Source of the DNA: a virus | Taxonomy: Duplodnaviria; Heunggongvirae; Uroviricota; Caudoviricetes | Virus record (IMG/VR): IMGVR_UViG_2861079508_000006 | DNA: 46,151 nucleotides | Direction: 5' to 3' (one strand) | In this document: positions 45,133 to 46,151 of the stretch, piece by piece | Numbering within the stretch: the stretch's first letter is position 1 | How the letters are laid out: the number at the start of each line of letters is the position of its first letter | Program-made: the position numbers and the translations under genes | Notes under the pieces: model-generated | Told to the model about the DNA's origin: nothing | Database searches by the model: none | Seen by the model: only the letters and a program-made list of their open reading frames with translations

Positions 45133-46151
45133 AAAAGCTAGGGGATTTACCTGATGTCACTTTTGAAGAGGCCTGCCTAAGATGGCTTGAGGAAAAAGCT
45201 GATAAAAAATCTCTCGATTCAGATAAAAGCCGGATTGAGTTCTGGCTTGAACATTTTGAGGGTATAAGGCTTAAAGATATCTCGGAGGCAAAGATTTACT
45301 CTGCTGTAAGCAGAATGCATAACAGAAAGACGAAAGAAATATGGAAACAGAAAGTTCAGGCCGCCATCAGGAAAGGTAAAGAACTGCCTGTTTATGAACC
45401 AAAGCCAGTATCAACTCAGACAAAGGCAAAGCATCTTGCCATGATAAAGGCTATTCTCCGTGCTGCAGAACGCGACTGGAAGTGGCTGGAAAAAGCGCCT
45501 GTCATCAAGATACCAGCGGTCAGAAACAAGCGAGTCAGATGGCTGGAAAAGGAGGAAGCAAAACGCCTTATTGATGAGTGCCCCGAACCACTGAAATCTG
45601 TCGTCAAGTTTGCGCTGGCAACTGGTCTGAGAAAGTCGAACATCATAAATCTGGAATGGCAACAAATCGACATGCAGCGACGAGTTGCCTGGGTGAATCC
45701 AGAAGAGAGCAAATCAAACCGCGCCATTGGTGTGGCGCTGAACGATACCGCCTGTAAAGTGTTGCGTGATCAAATAGGCAAGCATCACAAATGGGTGTTT
45801 GTACATACCAAGGCGGCTAAGCGAGCAGATGGAACATCAACGCCTGCGGTCAGGAAGATGCGCATCGACAGCAAGACATCATGGCTATCAGCTTGTCGTC
45901 GTGCAGGAATTGAAGATTTCCGTTTCCATGACCTCAGACACACCTGGGCAAGCTGGCTGATTCAGTCAGGCGTCCCATTATCAGTGCTTCAGGAAATGGG
46001 CGGATGGGAGTCCATAGAAATGGTTCGTAGGTATGCTCACCTTGCGCCTAATCATTTGACAGAGCATGCGAGGAAAATAGACGACATTTTTGGTGATAAT
46101 GTCCCAAATATGTCCCACTCTGGAATTATGGAGGATATAAAGAAGGCGTAA
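44988..46151 (+). CDS. intD: tyrosine integrase (DLP12 IntD-like)
   Basis: 387-aa ORF with C-terminal catalytic motifs ([17 protein letters not shown]); att site expected just beyond the window edge. Confidence 0.95.
   Translation: MSLFRRNEIWYASYSLPGGKRIKESLGTKDKRQAQELHDKRKAELWRVEKLGDLPDVTFEEACLRWLEEKADKKSLDSDKSRIEFWLEHFEGIRLKDISEAKIYSAVSRMHNRKTKEIWKQKVQAAIRKGKELPVYEPKPVSTQTKAKHLAMIKAILRAAERDWKWLEKAPVIKIPAVRNKRVRWLEKEEAKRLIDECPEPLKSVVKFALATGLRKSNIINLEWQQIDMQRRVAWVNPEESKSNRAIGVALNDTACKVLRDQIGKHHKWVFVHTKAAKRADGTSTPAVRKMRIDSKTSWLSACRRAGIEDFRFHDLRHTWASWLIQSGVPLSVLQEMGGWESIEMVRRYAHLAPNHLTEHARKIDDIFGDNVPNMSHSGIMEDIKKA

Overview
The window is essentially one near-complete lambdoid prophage of about 45 kb, read by eye from the supplied ORF translations; no database search or computation was run, and protein identities are from recall. 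The late and morphogenesis genes lie on the minus strand: appY at the left edge, then distal tail-fibre genes, stf, lom, J-I-K-L-M-H-T-G-V-U-Z-FII-FI-E-D-C-B-W-A-Nu1 and a cos site. These are followed by a phage-21/DLP12-type lysis cassette, an nmpC-like porin, a QuuD-type Q, a nin region (rusA, ybcO, ninE, ybcN) carrying an AT-rich moron island (ybcM, ybcL, ybcK, emrE), then ren, P, O with ori iterons, a non-lambda cII-position gene and a cro-like gene. On the plus strand are a cI-type repressor, then gam, bet, exo, small early ORFs, a TraR-like zinc finger, an excisionase-like ORF and an IntD-like integrase at the right edge. The most interesting locus is a strongly AT-rich 535-aa ORF (39005..40612) in the slot lambda uses for rexAB, between cI and a second operator cluster. 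Its N-terminal half carries motifs consistent with a SIR2-like NAD-binding fold, and its C-terminal half is unrecognised, making it a candidate single-gene, lysogen-expressed anti-phage NADase. Secondary observations include a +1 frameshift splitting the terminase large subunit, a replaced distal tail-fibre module, and a recombination junction that removes the long-form Gam N-terminus and the N/cIII/kil block.
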